From positions 2,080,694 to 2,144,693 of the forward strand of contig JAWQFM010000004.1 of the NCBI GenBank assembly GCA_033442325.1: a stretch of DNA of 64,000 nt, written 5' to 3'. The stretch's first letter is position 1. Every line of letters starts with the position of its first letter. The position numbers and the translations under genes were made by a program. Below the pieces are notes generated by a model. That model worked only from the letters and a program-made list of their open reading frames with translations, searched no databases and had not been told where the DNA came from. Source of the DNA: Salpingoeca rosetta (taxonomy: Eukaryota; Protista; Choanoflagellata). This document shows, piece by piece, positions 22,500 through 36,684 of the stretch.

Positions 22500-24902
22500 C
22501 GTGCGTGCGTGTGTGTCCAATCCCCCTTCATGCACGCGTGATAAACCATGTACACGCGTGGCAAACACACACCTCAAACATGTTGTTGCGGAGGCTGATG
22601 ATGACAAACTGGGCGTTCTTCGTCCGCTCCTGAACACACACATACACACACATGAACATGAGTGATAACGCAAAAGCAGCAGCACCAGTAGCAGCAGCAG
22701 CAGCAGTGGTCAGTCAAGTCACCCATCAACATGCACACAATCCCACCCCCACCACCCCTATACACACCACCACACACCTTGATGTAGTTTGCGACGATGG
22801 AGACGTTCTTAAAGTCGAGGGCAGCGTCAATCTCGTCCATGACATACAGCGGCGTCGGCTTGAAGTGGTGCAGCGCAAACACCAGCGCAAGCGAGCTCAG
22901 CGTCTTCTCGCCCCCACTCAAGTTGCTGATGTTCTTCCAGCTCTTCTTCGGTGGGCGGACCTGTCGACGACATACGGGACGTGGAATGTGCACGGTGAAG
23001 GCGGACATGGTCATGGACATGAACAAAGGGAAAAAGGAGAGAAGAGCGGTATTTGTGGGCTTGAGAGTGGGGTGTGGTGGCGGCAGAACATTGACGACAA
23101 GGTGTCTGGAGACATTGTGCACGCTCAGGCACACACGCGCACACACACGCAGCCACACGCACTGACGCACATAACCACGCACACACACGCGCGCGCCCAC
23201 TCACGCTGAAGACAATGCCCTCTGAAAAGGGGTTGAGGTAATCCACAAGCTCGAGCTCCGCGTCGCCTCCAAGCGTGATCATCTGGTACATCTCCTTCAA
23301 CTTCAGGCTGATTGTTTTGAAACCCGCCATAAACATGTCAAGCCGCTGTTTCCGCAGGCTGTCGTACTGCGCGCGAACGGCGTTGCGCTCGCCCGTCACT
23401 GTGTCGAGTTCATCAACGCGCGCGAGATACTCAGACTCCTTCTTCCTGTACTCCGAGATGGCGGACATGTTGGGCTTCATGCCCTTGAGCTTCTCGTCCA
23501 GGACGGTGATGTTGTACTCAAGGTCATCCACGTTCAGCGCCGCGGCGTCCTCCGCGGTCAGCGTTGGCAGCTGGTGGTGGTGGTGGTTGGGGAGGGAATA
23601 AAACGAACGAGTGTGGGTGTGCGTGGGTGGGTGTAAGCACAACACTTCATGCGAGAACGCAAGTGACAAACAAGAGATTGTTGACGTTTCAGACACTGAA
23701 AACAAACACACACACACACACACACACACCTGCTGCTGGGTGGTGCGCTTGGACTTCTTGCGGCGTGGTTGCTCCTCGCCGCCTTCGTCATTCTCATCGT
23801 CACCGTTGTCGGCGTCGCCACTGGGCTTGTCCTCCTCTTCCTCCTCATCATCATCATCGCCAGTGTTCATGGCGGACTTGCCGCCTGTGCCATCCGCGCT
23901 CGCCGCTTCCTCCTGCTCCTCCTCTTGTTCCTCGTCCACATCGACATCAATCCTGGTTGCATGCGGTGAATCAAGAGAGCGGTGGGGGAGAGAGCGTGAG
24001 TGGCAGAGACGAGAAAGCGGCAGGTCCAACAAAGCACGCGATTTCAGTACACACGCACACACACACACACACACAAAATGTACTGACTTGTGGAGGGTGA
24101 GAGCGTCGAGCTTCCTGCGCCAGTGCTTTGCCTTGTTCTGGTTGTCACGCAATTCCCTGTCGACCTCCTCCAACTCGTGTTCCTGATCAACGAGTCCGGA
24201 CCGCAACGCCTGCAGCCGCTCCTCCACCTGGTCGTACTTCTCCTGCAGTCGCATGTGTTGTGGTGTTGTGGTGTTGTTCCGTGAATATGAGCTGGAGGGA
24301 ACACACAACATCAATAGTGCCACAAACTCAATCGGTGCTTGCGTGCAGTGTACACGCGCATACGAACAAACCCATATCCACGCAATTTCAACCCCTCACA
24401 CACACACACACACACACACAATAACAGCAGCAGTCATTCCGCACCTTGATGTCCTGCATGGCCTCCTCGCGCTCCTCAAGAAGAAGCGTTGCCTTCTTCT
24501 GCTCCTCCATCACCTCGAGCGCTTTCGTCTCAATGTCCGCAAAACTCTCCTTCAGCTTGGCAATCGCCGCTGCCGTCTCCTCCTTCTCGGCTGTTGGACA
24601 CAGAAGGGAGGCAGGGAGAACGGAAGAAGGAAAGAGAAGTGAGAGCGGGCGGGGGTTGGCATGCGTAACAGCACACGCATTAACACAACACAAGCACAGC
24701 GTGTTGAACAATCGCAAGCACACACGCACACACAATCCACGCATCATGGGCACATCCAAACGTTACATCCCGCACCTTGCGCCTTCTCGAGCTTCTTTTC
24801 AAGCTGCGTCTTCTTGCGCTTGGCGGTCTTGGCCGTCACATTTGCCTTTGTGATGTTGCCCTGAAGGGTGGAAATCTCGTCCGAAATGCCATCAACCTGT
24901 CG

Positions 24903-24946
<44 letters not shown>

Positions 24947-26296
24947 GTGTGTGTGTGTGTTGTTGGTGGTGGAGTGTTTGTCGAGTGTTAGAAGTGCGAG
25001 GCTGCAAACGACGGGTGTTTGATGCTCACCATGCGAAATACACAATCCCGCACAACTAACAACATGCACGAAAGCACCATCACGACAACACGCACAAGCG
25101 CATACATACACACCAACACCCCTGCCCTCCCCCCGTCATTACAAATCCAACTCGCACCTTGGCGCGCTGTGCCTTGACCCTGACACCGCCGACGTTTGCC
25201 AGCTCTTCCTCAAGTGCAGCAATCTCGTGCTCCACCTTCTCTGCCTTGGCTGCAGCGGAATCACGCTTCTTGCCCAGCGCTGCCAGCTCCTTCTCCACAG
25301 CAGCGAGCGCGGCCTCGTTGTTCTCCACCGTCTTCGCCTGCTCCTCAAGCGTCGCAATCTGGAAAGCAACAACGCAGAATGAAGAAGGAACAAGTGGGGA
25401 AGGGAAGAGCGAGTGAAGTGGGAGGTGGGCCGTGAGTGTATATGGCATTGAACCGGGAATAAGGAACAAGCAGCCCATCCCATCACCATGCACAACTGTG
25501 TTAGTCACACAGACACACACAGACACACACACAGACACACACACAGACACACACAGACACACACACAGACACACACCTTCTCCGTGAGGGCGTCAATCTT
25601 GGCCGTCAGACTGTCAATCTCCTGCTGACAGCGCTGCGCATTCGCCGTGACGGTGGCCAGCTCGCGCTTTGCGGCACCAACGGCCTCCTCCCAGGTGCTG
25701 CGCTGCTCGCGGGCCTTACGTTGCCGCTGCACCAGCTGCTCCAACTCGCGCTCAAGCGACTCGAGTTCCGCCGGAGACACCTCCTCCGCCAACGTCGACG
25801 ACATCCCGCCACGCTGCACCTGAACACACGCACACGCGCACGTGTGCGTGCATGGAGACAGTGAGGATGACCAGAGTGAGTGCTACGTGTGCAAATGATC
25901 GAAACAAGTGCGCATGACAAACACGAATGTAAAGAACATACAATCTCCCACCCTGGATCTCCATCACCATCACCATCACCACCATCACTACGGTACCTTG
26001 TTTCCGCCACCAGACATGGTTCCGCTCGTGTCAATCAGCTGTCCCTTGAGCGTGACAACGCGGTATCGAGCGCGCTTGCCCTGGTACGCGATGGAGGTGG
26101 CGTCATCGAGCGAAGGCGCAACAAGCGTGTCCCGCAGGGCGTGGTAGAAGGCGACCTTGAACTTGTCGTCCTGTCATCCGTGCGCGTGGTTTCATGTCAA
26201 TATTGCAAGTGAGCATTGTATGTGCGTGCGTGTGTTTGAATTCACGCGAGGCAGAGGACTACAAGCGCAATGCAGAGGCAAGGGTGATGCAAAGCG

Positions 26297-26368
<72 letters not shown>

Positions 26369-27230
26369 TCATCTTCACCTCCATCCCTCCTAATCCTCAT
26401 CCGCCCTCACCTTGACGCGAATGAGGTCGTAGAGGCGTGGCGCCGGCGCGTTGAAGGGCTTGTCGGCCTGTGCAGCAAGATGCTGAATCTTCTCCAGGAT
26501 GATAAACGTCGCGCGACCAACGTTGTGCTTGCGGAGAAACTCAACACACTGCTGCCCCTGCTCAACAGTGTCGACAACAAGGTGGTTGAGGGCGCCGCAC
26601 GCCGTCGTCACAGCGCAGTCATACTTGTCATCAATGGCACCAAGGCTTCCAAGACGGCCGTGGAAGCCTGTGATCTTGCCCCGTCGCGCCCGTTCCTTCA
26701 GCGCTTCAAGCACGCGGTTGGTCGTGTGCTGCGCCTGCGAGGCAGACCGGCGCTCCTCAAGCTTCATGCGCCGCGTCGACACCTCGTCATCAAGCGGGCC
26801 CTGGTTCTTCGCCAGCACCCGCAACTGCTTCTCAGCGGCAGGCACCTCAGCCTCGAGCTTCTTCTTGCGGGCAGCCAGAGTCACAAGCTCGCCCTTTCGC
26901 TCCTTCAACGTTGCCCGCGCGTGTGCCAGGCCCTCCGTTGCCTCCTGCAGCTGCGCCTCAATGTCGCGCGCACCTTTCGTCAAGAGATCGCGTTCGGACT
27001 TCTTGATGTCATATGCTGCGGCGGCGTTGTCGCGTGCGCTGCTCAGCGGTACGAGCGCCTCCTGCTTCTCATGCAGCCGCTGCTGCACAGCAAGGCGGTC
27101 GTCCTGGTGGCGGTGGTGTGTATGTGTGTGCGTGTGTGTGTGAACGAAGGGGACAACAAGCAGCAGGTGAGCGCGAAGGCAATGAAGGGACGTGTTCACG
27201 TTCGTGATGCAACATGCAAGCCTTACCCCT

Positions 27231-27302
<72 letters not shown>

Positions 27303-28052
27303 ACACCTCACCTCAAACTCGTTGTAGAGGCTCTCGAGGACCTTCTCCTCCTTGCTCAGGGAAACTTCAAGGCCCTTAATCTCATCTGTCAACCGTGACA
27401 CGTCGTCCTGGGCAGCTGTCACCTGTGACGTGGCCTCGTTAAGCGCCTTCTCGTCCTTCTGCATCGATTTCTCAATGCGCTTCAGCTTGGTCTTGTTGTG
27501 CTTCATGTCCTGGCATTGTGTAAATATGTGTGCGAGTGTGTATGTGTGTGTGTGAGTGTGTGTGCATTGTTGTGCAAGTGAGTGTGCGTGCATGCGTTCG
27601 TGCCGACGGGTGATGAGATCATGGCAACAAGCACTGCTAAACAAACGGCACGAGGCCGTCCCAAAAACTCCATACATGCACTCACCTCCTTGTGCTTGAT
27701 GTCCTTGCGTTCGTATGCGATAAAGTCAGCCTTGGCCTTCTCTGCCGCCTTTTTCAAACTGTCATACTCCCGCTTGTCCTTCTCATACTGCTTCTGAATG
27801 CCTTTGGACTCGTGCAGAACAGTCTTCATCTCCTGCTTGGCATCCTTCACCGCGCGCCGCTTCGCGTCGGCCTGCTCCTGCAGCTGTTCCAGGTTCTCTG
27901 TTGCCTGGTGAAGGTGGCACTGGAAGAGCTTGGACCGCAGCATCGTCAGCTCATTTTCTTGCATCAGGTACGCCTCCGCTTCCTTCTTTCCGGCCTCGAG
28001 CGCGTTCTTCTCCTCCTCAACCACCTGCCGGGGGAGAGAGAAAGAGAGAGAT

Positions 28053-28101
<49 letters not shown>

Positions 28102-29710
28102 GTGAGTGTGTGTGTGTGTGTGTGTGTGTGTTGCGCGTGAGAGACGAAAGCGCGGGCAAATTGCAAGCGAACCATCCTGTTCACTGTCTCCTTTCCTCGC
28201 ATCATGCAGAACATATCCAAGATCACCACCGATGCGTGCGTGTGCGCGTCGTTGCTCATGGTGTGTTCATCAACGTACGTGCACGCGCGAGAGTTTTTCG
28301 TTGCGCTTCTCGTTGAGTTCTTCAAGCATGAGCTCGTGCTTGGCAATGTCCTCTTTGAAGCGCACGGACCTGATGACATCCAGCGTGAGATTGTGATGTT
28401 GTGAGTGATAATATGAGTGATGTTGTGTGTGTGTGTGTGCGTGCATGCGAGGTAATGAAAGAGCGGGTAGGTGTGTGGTGGAGGTAACAATGAAGCACTG
28501 CAAGCGCATCGGGCATCCTCACACGCACAAAACTCCCCACAACAACGACAACAGCAGCAGCAGCAGCAGCAGCAACAACAACAACAACGACTCGACTCAC
28601 CCGATGATGTCCTCGAGGTATTCGAGCAGGCCGACGTCGTGTTCGTTCTGCGCCTTTGGTTTCATCATGGCAATCTGCTCCACCTCGCCCTGCAGGATGA
28701 GAAAGCGGTTGTGGTCCAGGTCGATGCCCTTTGACCGCAACACGTCCGCAATCTCGCCAAAGGTGCGCTTCTTGCCGTTGAGGTAGTAGAACGACTGGCT
28801 GCTGGACGTGGCCTCGCGTGCAACCACCAGCTCAGAGTCAGGCACAATGTCAAACCCGCCGTCATCCTGGATTGCACGCAATCGTAGCGCGTGCGCAGAA
28901 AGGGGTCGCGAACGTATGTGCGTGAGAGAGTGTGTATGGGTGTGAATGTGTGTGTGTGTGTGTGTGTTTGCACGCGCGTGTCTTGTTTTTTCGGTGTCAG
29001 GTGTGTAATAGTCATGTTCGGCTTGATACGTGTGTTGCTGCCCCACCCCACCGCCCTTCCACACCTAAACACACACACACACACACACACACGAAAGCGC
29101 ACATTGTAGCCACGCTTACCCTGTCGAGGATCTCCTGCATGAAGACGCTGACGCGGCAGCTGGGCAGGTTCTGGTGGTGCTCGGAGTTGTGGATGAGGTC
29201 CTTGAGCTTGGCTTGGCGGATCTTCTTGGCCCGGAAGCCAAACACAAACAGCATGGCGTCGATGACGTTGGACTTGCCACTGCCGTTGGGGCCAACCACA
29301 GCGGAAAAGCACTGCACATCACCAAACGTGGAACACAGCACATGCGTGTCGTTTAGTTTCGTCAGTTGGTCGACACAGAAACAATGTTGATCGTTGTTGT
29401 TGTTGTTGTTTGCGGTGTGGGTGAACTACATTGTGCCGAGTGCACTCCGGCACACGTGTGTATGGTAGCTGATGACACACACACACACGTTTACACATCT
29501 CCCCGCACACCAAGCACACACAGAAGCACAGCACCAACACACACACACACATACACATACACACACGCACACACAACCACTTGCCTTGTGGAACGGGCCG
29601 ACTTCCTGCACGCCGTAGTATGACTTGAAATTTTCAAGCCGCATCTTGGTGATCATGAGGCGCGGGGTGCGGCCATCTGCGCCGCTGCCGCCGCTTGCAC
29701 CCTCAGACAT
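21812..29710 (-). CDS. SMC4: Condensin subunit SMC4
   Basis: [63 protein letters not shown], hinge [79 protein letters not shown]. The 3' end crosses the gap and is approximate. Confidence 0.97.
22359..22458. other. Assembly gap (100 N)
   Basis: Run of N inside an SMC4 intron. Adjacent sequence ~21960-22358 is low quality. Confidence 1.
29312..29584 (-). other. GC-AG intron (SMC4 intron 1)
   Basis: Donor AAG|GCAAGT and acceptor TGCAG|TGC join PFHK to [14 protein letters not shown] in frame. Confidence 0.85.
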
Positions 29711-30150
29711 CCTGCCAGGTGTTGATGTGTGGGTGCTGTGTGGATGGTGCTGGCTGGTGTTGATATGGGTTGGTGTCGTCGTTTGCCGTTTTTCGAAAAT
29801 TTGGCGGCCAACGGTTGACGCAGGCCAGAAAATGCCGAGTCAGCAGAAAACAGCCGACATAGAACACATTTTGTGCTGTTGTGAAAAGGAAACTGGCTGC
29901 TGAGCCAAGACTGCTGTGATGTGAGGCTGTCTGCTGGTCTTCGCTCAGCAGCAGCAGCAGCAGCGCCGTCCGTGCTTTCTTCCTCCCTTTTTTCATTCAT
30001 TGGGATGTGGGAATAGAGCAACGCAGCCAAGAGCACAGGAAAAAGCAACATCAACAACACGATGACCGTTCGTTAAAGCAGCTAGCACATGCATCACAAC
30101 ACCCAATTCACTCACTCACCCACGGGTGAACACATGTCAAAGTCTATTAT

Positions 30151-30205
<55 letters not shown>

Positions 30206-30491
30206 AACACACACACACACAAACAAACAAACAAACGCACACAACACACAAACAAACAAGCAAGCAAACAAACAAACGCAAACAAACAAGCAAGCAAATG
30301 AACAAACAAAAACACACGCAGCACGAAGCTAGAGGAGAGATTGGCTGAGCGAGTCCTTTGAGGAAGCGAGGAGGTGTGCGTCTGGCTCGTCCCACTGATC
30401 AGGCGACAGCCCACCTGTTCCTCTCTGCATCCCTCTCTGCATCCCTGGGAACACCCCACCGCCGTTCCCATCCTCATCCGCCTCCTCCTCT

Positions 30492-31345
30492 TCATCCTTC
30501 GCGACGGTAGTCAAAGATGTCATCATCGTCGTCGTCATGCTCGGTGTCCGAGGGGCCTTCATCGTCCTCGCTGTTGTCACTGTTGTCAAAGGCGCTGAAG
30601 TCGTACGTGTCCTGTCGCCGCACAACCTTCCGCACGCGCCGCTTTCCGCTGCCACTGCCATTGCTGTGACCACGCCCATACGCGCTACCGTTTCCCTCAA
30701 CCACCACGTCGTCTGCAAACGTGACGCGCGTGGAGTGTGGGGCAGCGGCGGCAGTGCTGCTGGTGACGGTGGAGGCGAGGGCGGATCCGAGGGAGGTCCC
30801 GCCCATGGACACGTTGCCCAGCTTGGCTGTGAGGTCGCCGTCGTCGTTGTAGTGGCTCGTGTCCTGGAAGCGCAGCACGGCCTTGGCATATGCGCGCCGC
30901 CATGCAATCATCTCCGCGCAGGCGATGAAGATCATGATGATGAGGGACGCGGTGCACGTTGCGCGGATGACGCGGAAGTTGATGCGAAAGTCAAACGAGC
31001 CGCACTCTCGCAAGGCGCCGCGGAAGTAGGCCAGTGCTACCCCGAAGAGGAGGAAGATGATGCAGAAGCTGAACAGGCGGATGAGCGGTGAGCGGAACCC
31101 GCGCACGGTGGTCGACATCTCCATGATGGAGATGCACAGGATGCTCCAGGCAAAGAAGATGCCGCGCGCGACGTCAAAGTTGCAGTAGACGGGGTCCGGG
31201 TGTGTGATGAGCAAGCATTCGCAATACGCGATCATCGCCTCATACGTCGCATTAATTTTGGGTGTCAGCAAACCGGCCTTCTGGGCTTCCTCAATCAGGG
31301 CGGGGTTGGCAAACGAGAACCGGCATGCCTCGCGCTGCTGCGAGA

Positions 31346-31395
<50 letters not shown>

Positions 31396-31432
31396 GTGTG
31401 TGTGTGCGTGTGTGTGTGTGTGGTGTGGTGTG

Positions 31433-31463
<31 letters not shown>

Positions 31464-32088
31464 CGCAACAGCGTGTGTTTTGTGTGGTTGTTTGCGTGAA
31501 AGGTGGTACGAGTAACGGTGTGTGTTATGTGTGTGACATCAGCAGAGGGGAAACTTTACGCATGCGCTCGCCTGACGTGAGAACAGGGAAAGAAGGGAGA
31601 AAGAAGCCAAACTGAACGTACGGCGCGCACGAAGAAGTCAGGCTCAGCGCTGTCGGACAAGCTCGCGTAGAGGTTCAGGCAGTCAATGTGCCTAATTCAA
31701 TGCAGAAAGAGATGGTCGTGGGTGTGGGAACGAAGGAAACATGCAAAGTGCAAACGCAGTTTGCGCACAAGGTCTATGCAAGTGCACATGAAAGGCAACA
31801 CCGCGAGCTGCAGTCTCACACTCACACACACATATGCAAAACAATGAACACACACAAACACACATGCAAATACAAACACACGCACACACACACACAAACA
31901 CACACACACACACACCTGCATGAACGGGGGACGTCGTGAAGATCCGAAATCAGGTAGATGGACAGAAGCATGACCACAATCTCCGCCATCTTGTTGGAGA
32001 TGTTCAGCACAGACATGAGGTTTTCCTTCTTCTCCGCTGGTATCTTCCACTTGCGATAGCGGCGATACGCCCGCCGCACAAAGTCCAT
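30492..32088 (-). CDS. Four-transmembrane protein with Cys-rich first loop and acidic tail
   Basis: Three exons (32088-31916, 31691-~31631, ~31337-30492). Hydrophobic segments: AEIVVMLLSIYLI, GIFFAWSILCISIM, LFSFCIIFLLFGVALAYF, TCTASLIIMIFIACAEMIAW. May extend to 30329 through a 1-nt frameshift. Confidence 0.75.
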
Positions 32089-32202
32089 GGCTGGCTGCTG
32101 TTGGTGCGCTGTTGTGCTTTCTTTGCTGCGTGGCTTGGCTTGGCTGACAGCACGACACCATGAAATGTATTTTTGTTGATTCGATTGCGGCCACCACACG
32201 AT

Positions 32203-33427
32203 ATGATGACGAGGTCTGTGTTTGTTTGCACCGCTGCAGCGCTGCTGCTTCTTGGCTGTGCTGCTGCTGTGGGTGCTGCTGCAAGCGCTGCTGGTGGCAG
32301 TGTGCATGAGGTGACATCTCTGCCTGGCTGGGATGACAAGCTGCCCAGCCGCATCTTCAGCGGCTACACACCAGCCGGGACTCCACCAGGGTGCGTAGTT
32401 GACATGTGTGTGTGTGTGCGTGTGTATGTGTGTGTGTGTGTTTGTTTTGATGTGTGTGTGTGTCTGTGTGTTGATGCAACTGGATGTGCGTCGGCTCAAG
32501 TTACATGATGGGCGTGGAAGCAGTGTGTTCGATGTTTATCCGAAGGTACAGACAGAAGAGTATCAGACAAGCATCGCGAATTCGTGCAGGTGCGACCAAT
32601 GCCATCCATGATCACTTCCACTGACGTCACCATGTTGGCCTCTGGCTAGATATCCCAATGGAACGATGCATGGTGCACTGGATTCTGCTGGAGAGCGAAC
32701 GGGATCCAAAGAACGACCCGCTTGTTGTCTGGTATCAGGGCGGACCGGTGAGTGCGGCATGGGATGGGGAGGGTGGAGGCATCAAAGCCTGAGGCTGTGA
32801 TGTGCTGTTGTGTACTTTTTGTGTGGGTAGTAGTGTCCTTTTGGTGAGCTGGCTTCATCGTTATGCGCACGTGTGCACTGCTCGTTGCTCTGTGCATGTA
32901 TGGTGTATTTCACTGTACGAGGCTATCCATCCACATTCACTTGTCGTGACGCATGATGCTGCTGCTGCTCACAGGGGGCGTCATCGCTGTACGGCTTGTT
33001 TGTTGAGTTTGGCCCGCTCAGGCTGAACGAGCTCTCCATGCAGCACTACAACGAAACGGGCGTGCCTGCCCTCATCCCCAACGAGTACAGCTGGACCAAG
33101 GTGACACAATGGCTGAAGAAGTGGCGTGGTGGGTGGAGGCAGCGAAAAGACAGCCACAAACTCGCAGACACTCGCCATGTGCATCGTGGAATGACACTGT
33201 CATGACACCCGATCACCTACCGCAACGGCACACCCACACACATACACATACACACACTCCTGTGTCGAAGCATCGTCTCATTGTACAAGCGCCTTGCTTT
33301 GAGTGCAGTTTGCGAATGTGCTGGTGATTGACAACCCGCCACCCGTTGGCTTCTCGTATTGCGATCCCGTCGGCCCCACAGGCAACGGCGACTCCTGCGG
33401 TCTGCTGCTCTGTTGTTGTTTGGTTTG

Positions 33428-33461
<34 letters not shown>

Positions 33462-33790
33462 GTGCGTGTGTGCGTCTGTGTGTGTATGTATGTGTGTGTC
33501 TGTGTGTGTCTGTGCCTGAACGCTTATTTTCCATCACCATCAACGCTCGAAACCCACCTTCATATCTGTTTCCCATCTCTCATAACCCCACTCGTGCTAC
33601 CGCCCACCACTTGCGCGCTGGCTGCACCCATCAGGCGCGTGGAACGACTCCCTGGTGGCCACCGCCAACCACGCCATGCTCTCCGAATGGATCAAGCAGA
33701 TGCCCGACTACGCCCACCTCGACATGTACATCACAGGTCTGGTGTGTGGTGTGTGGTGTGTGTGGTGTGTGCGTATGGTGTGTGTGTGTG

Positions 33791-33866
<76 letters not shown>

Positions 33867-36250
33867 GATAGGTGTTATTGCACACCAATTCTGCCATTCC
33901 ATTCTCTGTTATGCGCGTTCCACGTTTGTGAGTGCCCTCTCATTGTTACTTCCCTCACCGGTGCTACGTCATTGCACACACGTGCACACATGCACATCAC
34001 CTGCAACCTGCCCACTGCTCACTGCATACAATACTGTCTGCTGCAGGCGAGAGCTATGCCGGCGTGTACGTCCCCACCATCGTCCGCGCCATCCGTAAGC
34101 TGTGATGCGATGTGATGGGATGTGATGGGAGGTGATGTTGAATGTGATGTTGAATGTGATGTTGAATGAGATGCGATGGGATGTGATGGACAGCGTGATG
34201 TGACAGACGCACACGTTCGCCTGCGCAGTGCCGATATACCCAGACACAAACACACACACACACACATGCACACACACATGCACACGCACACGCTCTTATA
34301 ATGTGCAAATGTTACATTCGCCAGTGAATGACCCGCGCGGGCTGAATTTGAAGGGATTCGCTGTTGGCGACGGCTGCCTCGGCACCGAGGTAGGCGTGTG
34401 TATGTGTGTGTATGTGTGTGTGTATTTGTGTATGTGTGTGTGTATGTGTCTTTGACTGTTTAATGTTCGTTGCTCTGTCTGTTTGTTGCTGCTCCCTATT
34501 GCGATCGACACCTGCACAACTTCGCTCGCTGTTTTTTGCCTGCAAGCACCACAGCAGCATGGTCAGTTCTCCTTCTCCAACGCTCACAACACCCCCACCC
34601 CTCACGCACACACACACACACGCACGCATTCATCTCTTCCCTCCACCCCTGTTGCTTGGCTACAGGTGCTGTGTGGCCCGAGCGGCGGTCCGTATTGGAA
34701 CGTCGAGTTTATGCACGGACACGGCCAGTTCAGCAACAAGTGTGTATGCACGTGTGTGCACGTGTGTTTATTTGTGTGTTGGATGAAGGAAGTGCCGAAT
34801 ATTGCACAAACACGCGCGCATTCAAGCAACTCAAACACACACACACATACCCATCTCGCAAATGCAGGCTGTACAACTCCATTCAGAGCACGTGTACAGA
34901 AACGGAGTTGAAGCAAGGCAACCTGTCCACTGCCTGTCATGCCCTCATCCAGCAGATGAACACGGAGATTGGCGGATATTACGGCTACAACCTCTATGAC
35001 ACGTGTTACGCGCAGCACGTGTTTGCACCCAACCCTTCCTCCTCCAGGCAATACTGGTCCTCCGCGGTTGGGATGGGCGTGGGCGGTGCCCTGAACGACT
35101 ATCCTTGCCCAGGCGACGCCTTGAACATCTGGGTCAACCTGACGGAAGCCCGCCAGGCGCTTCACGTGCCCGTTTCCTCCACGTTTTTCAACGGCGACAA
35201 CGGCGCCGGCATGAAGTATTCCCTGACAGAGCCAGACCTGCTTCCCTTCTACGAACATGTTGTCCGCAACACCAGTCTTCGTGTTCTCGTCTACAACGGC
35301 GACACAGAGTGCGTTTCAAGACTGTGTTTATGTGACTGACCTTGTTTGTGAATATGTGTGCGTGTTTGTGAATGTGTGCGCGTGTATGTGAATGACATTG
35401 CGTTTGAATGGCATTGTGTGTTCGTTCGTGTGCGTTGTTCCCGCACACTTGCTCCTTCCCTCCTTCTCCGATGCCTCACCACCTCTCTGCAACTCCAACG
35501 GCAACACACCAACACGGCAACAGCCCTGGCATCAACTCCTTTGTCACGCAGGACAAATACGTCCAGTACTTTGACTCAAAGGTGTGTGTGTATGCTTGTA
35601 TGTGTTGATGAGTGTGTGTATGAGAGTGTGTGCGTATGAGAGTGTGTGAGGTGTGTGTGTGTGTGTGTGTGCGTTGATGTGCTGCTGTTCATTCATGGGC
35701 GGTTCAGCACTATTGCCTCAATTACCCCTGTTCTCTTCAACACCTCGTCACTACCCTCACCGTCAACACCGTCAACACCGCTGCCACCACCACCACCACC
35801 ACAACCTCGTCATCTCCACTACGATCATCGATCATCGTCAGGGTCTGCGCGAGACAGAGACGTGGCGGCCGTGGACGCTGGACGGAAAGAAACAAGTCGC
35901 TGGCTACGTCTTTGGTGCGCTGACGACGCTGTTATTGATGCGGATGGGTGGTGATGGGTGATCATGGGTGGTGGTGGGTGGTGGTGGTTGTGGTGGTGGT
36001 GGTGATTAAGGAGGGATGAAAGTGTTGAGGAGAACAAGACGTCAAGAAAACGATCCCATTGACGGTGTTCATGTCCGCTGTTGTGAGTGCGGCGGGTATG
36101 AGGTTGTGAGTGCGGCGTGTACGAGTAATGGCCACCAATCGCTGATACACGCTCGCACACACAACACACACCCTCTCAATTGTTGGACACCAGGTTACGA
36201 GAGCAACTTCCATTACCTCACCATTCGTGGCAGCGGCCATATGGTGTGTG

Positions 36251-36301
<51 letters not shown>

Positions 36302-36511
36302 ATGTGTGTACTTGTGTGCATGTGTGTGTGTGTTTTGCAACTGTGTCATGTTGCTTGCCACCAAGCACGCTGTACTGAACCTCTTCGAGTTACTCATCAC
36401 CACCATCACCACGACCATAATCATCAGGTGCCGGAGTTCAAACCACAGGCGGCGCAGTCGATGCTGCAGTTCTTCCTTGCAGACAAGAACTGGCCCGCGT
36501 ACAACCCGTGA
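32203..36511 (+). CDS. Serine carboxypeptidase (family S10, cathepsin A-like)
   Basis: Signal peptide, VTSLPGW, DPLVVWYQGGP/GASSLYGLFVEFGP, IT/GESYAGVYVP (Ser), NLKGFAVGDG, VLVYNGDT/DPG (Asp), TIRGSGHM/VPEFKP (His). Confidence 0.93.
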
Positions 36512-36572
36512 CATGTGATGGCATGTGACACTTGATCCGTCACAAGCAGCCGTCACTTCTTCACTTCACTTC

Positions 36573-36590
36573 ACCACCACCACCACCACC

Positions 36591-36684
<94 letters not shown>
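36573..36684. repeat. (CCA)n(CAA)n microsatellite
   Basis: About 31 CAA units just downstream of the carboxypeptidase stop. Confidence 0.97.
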
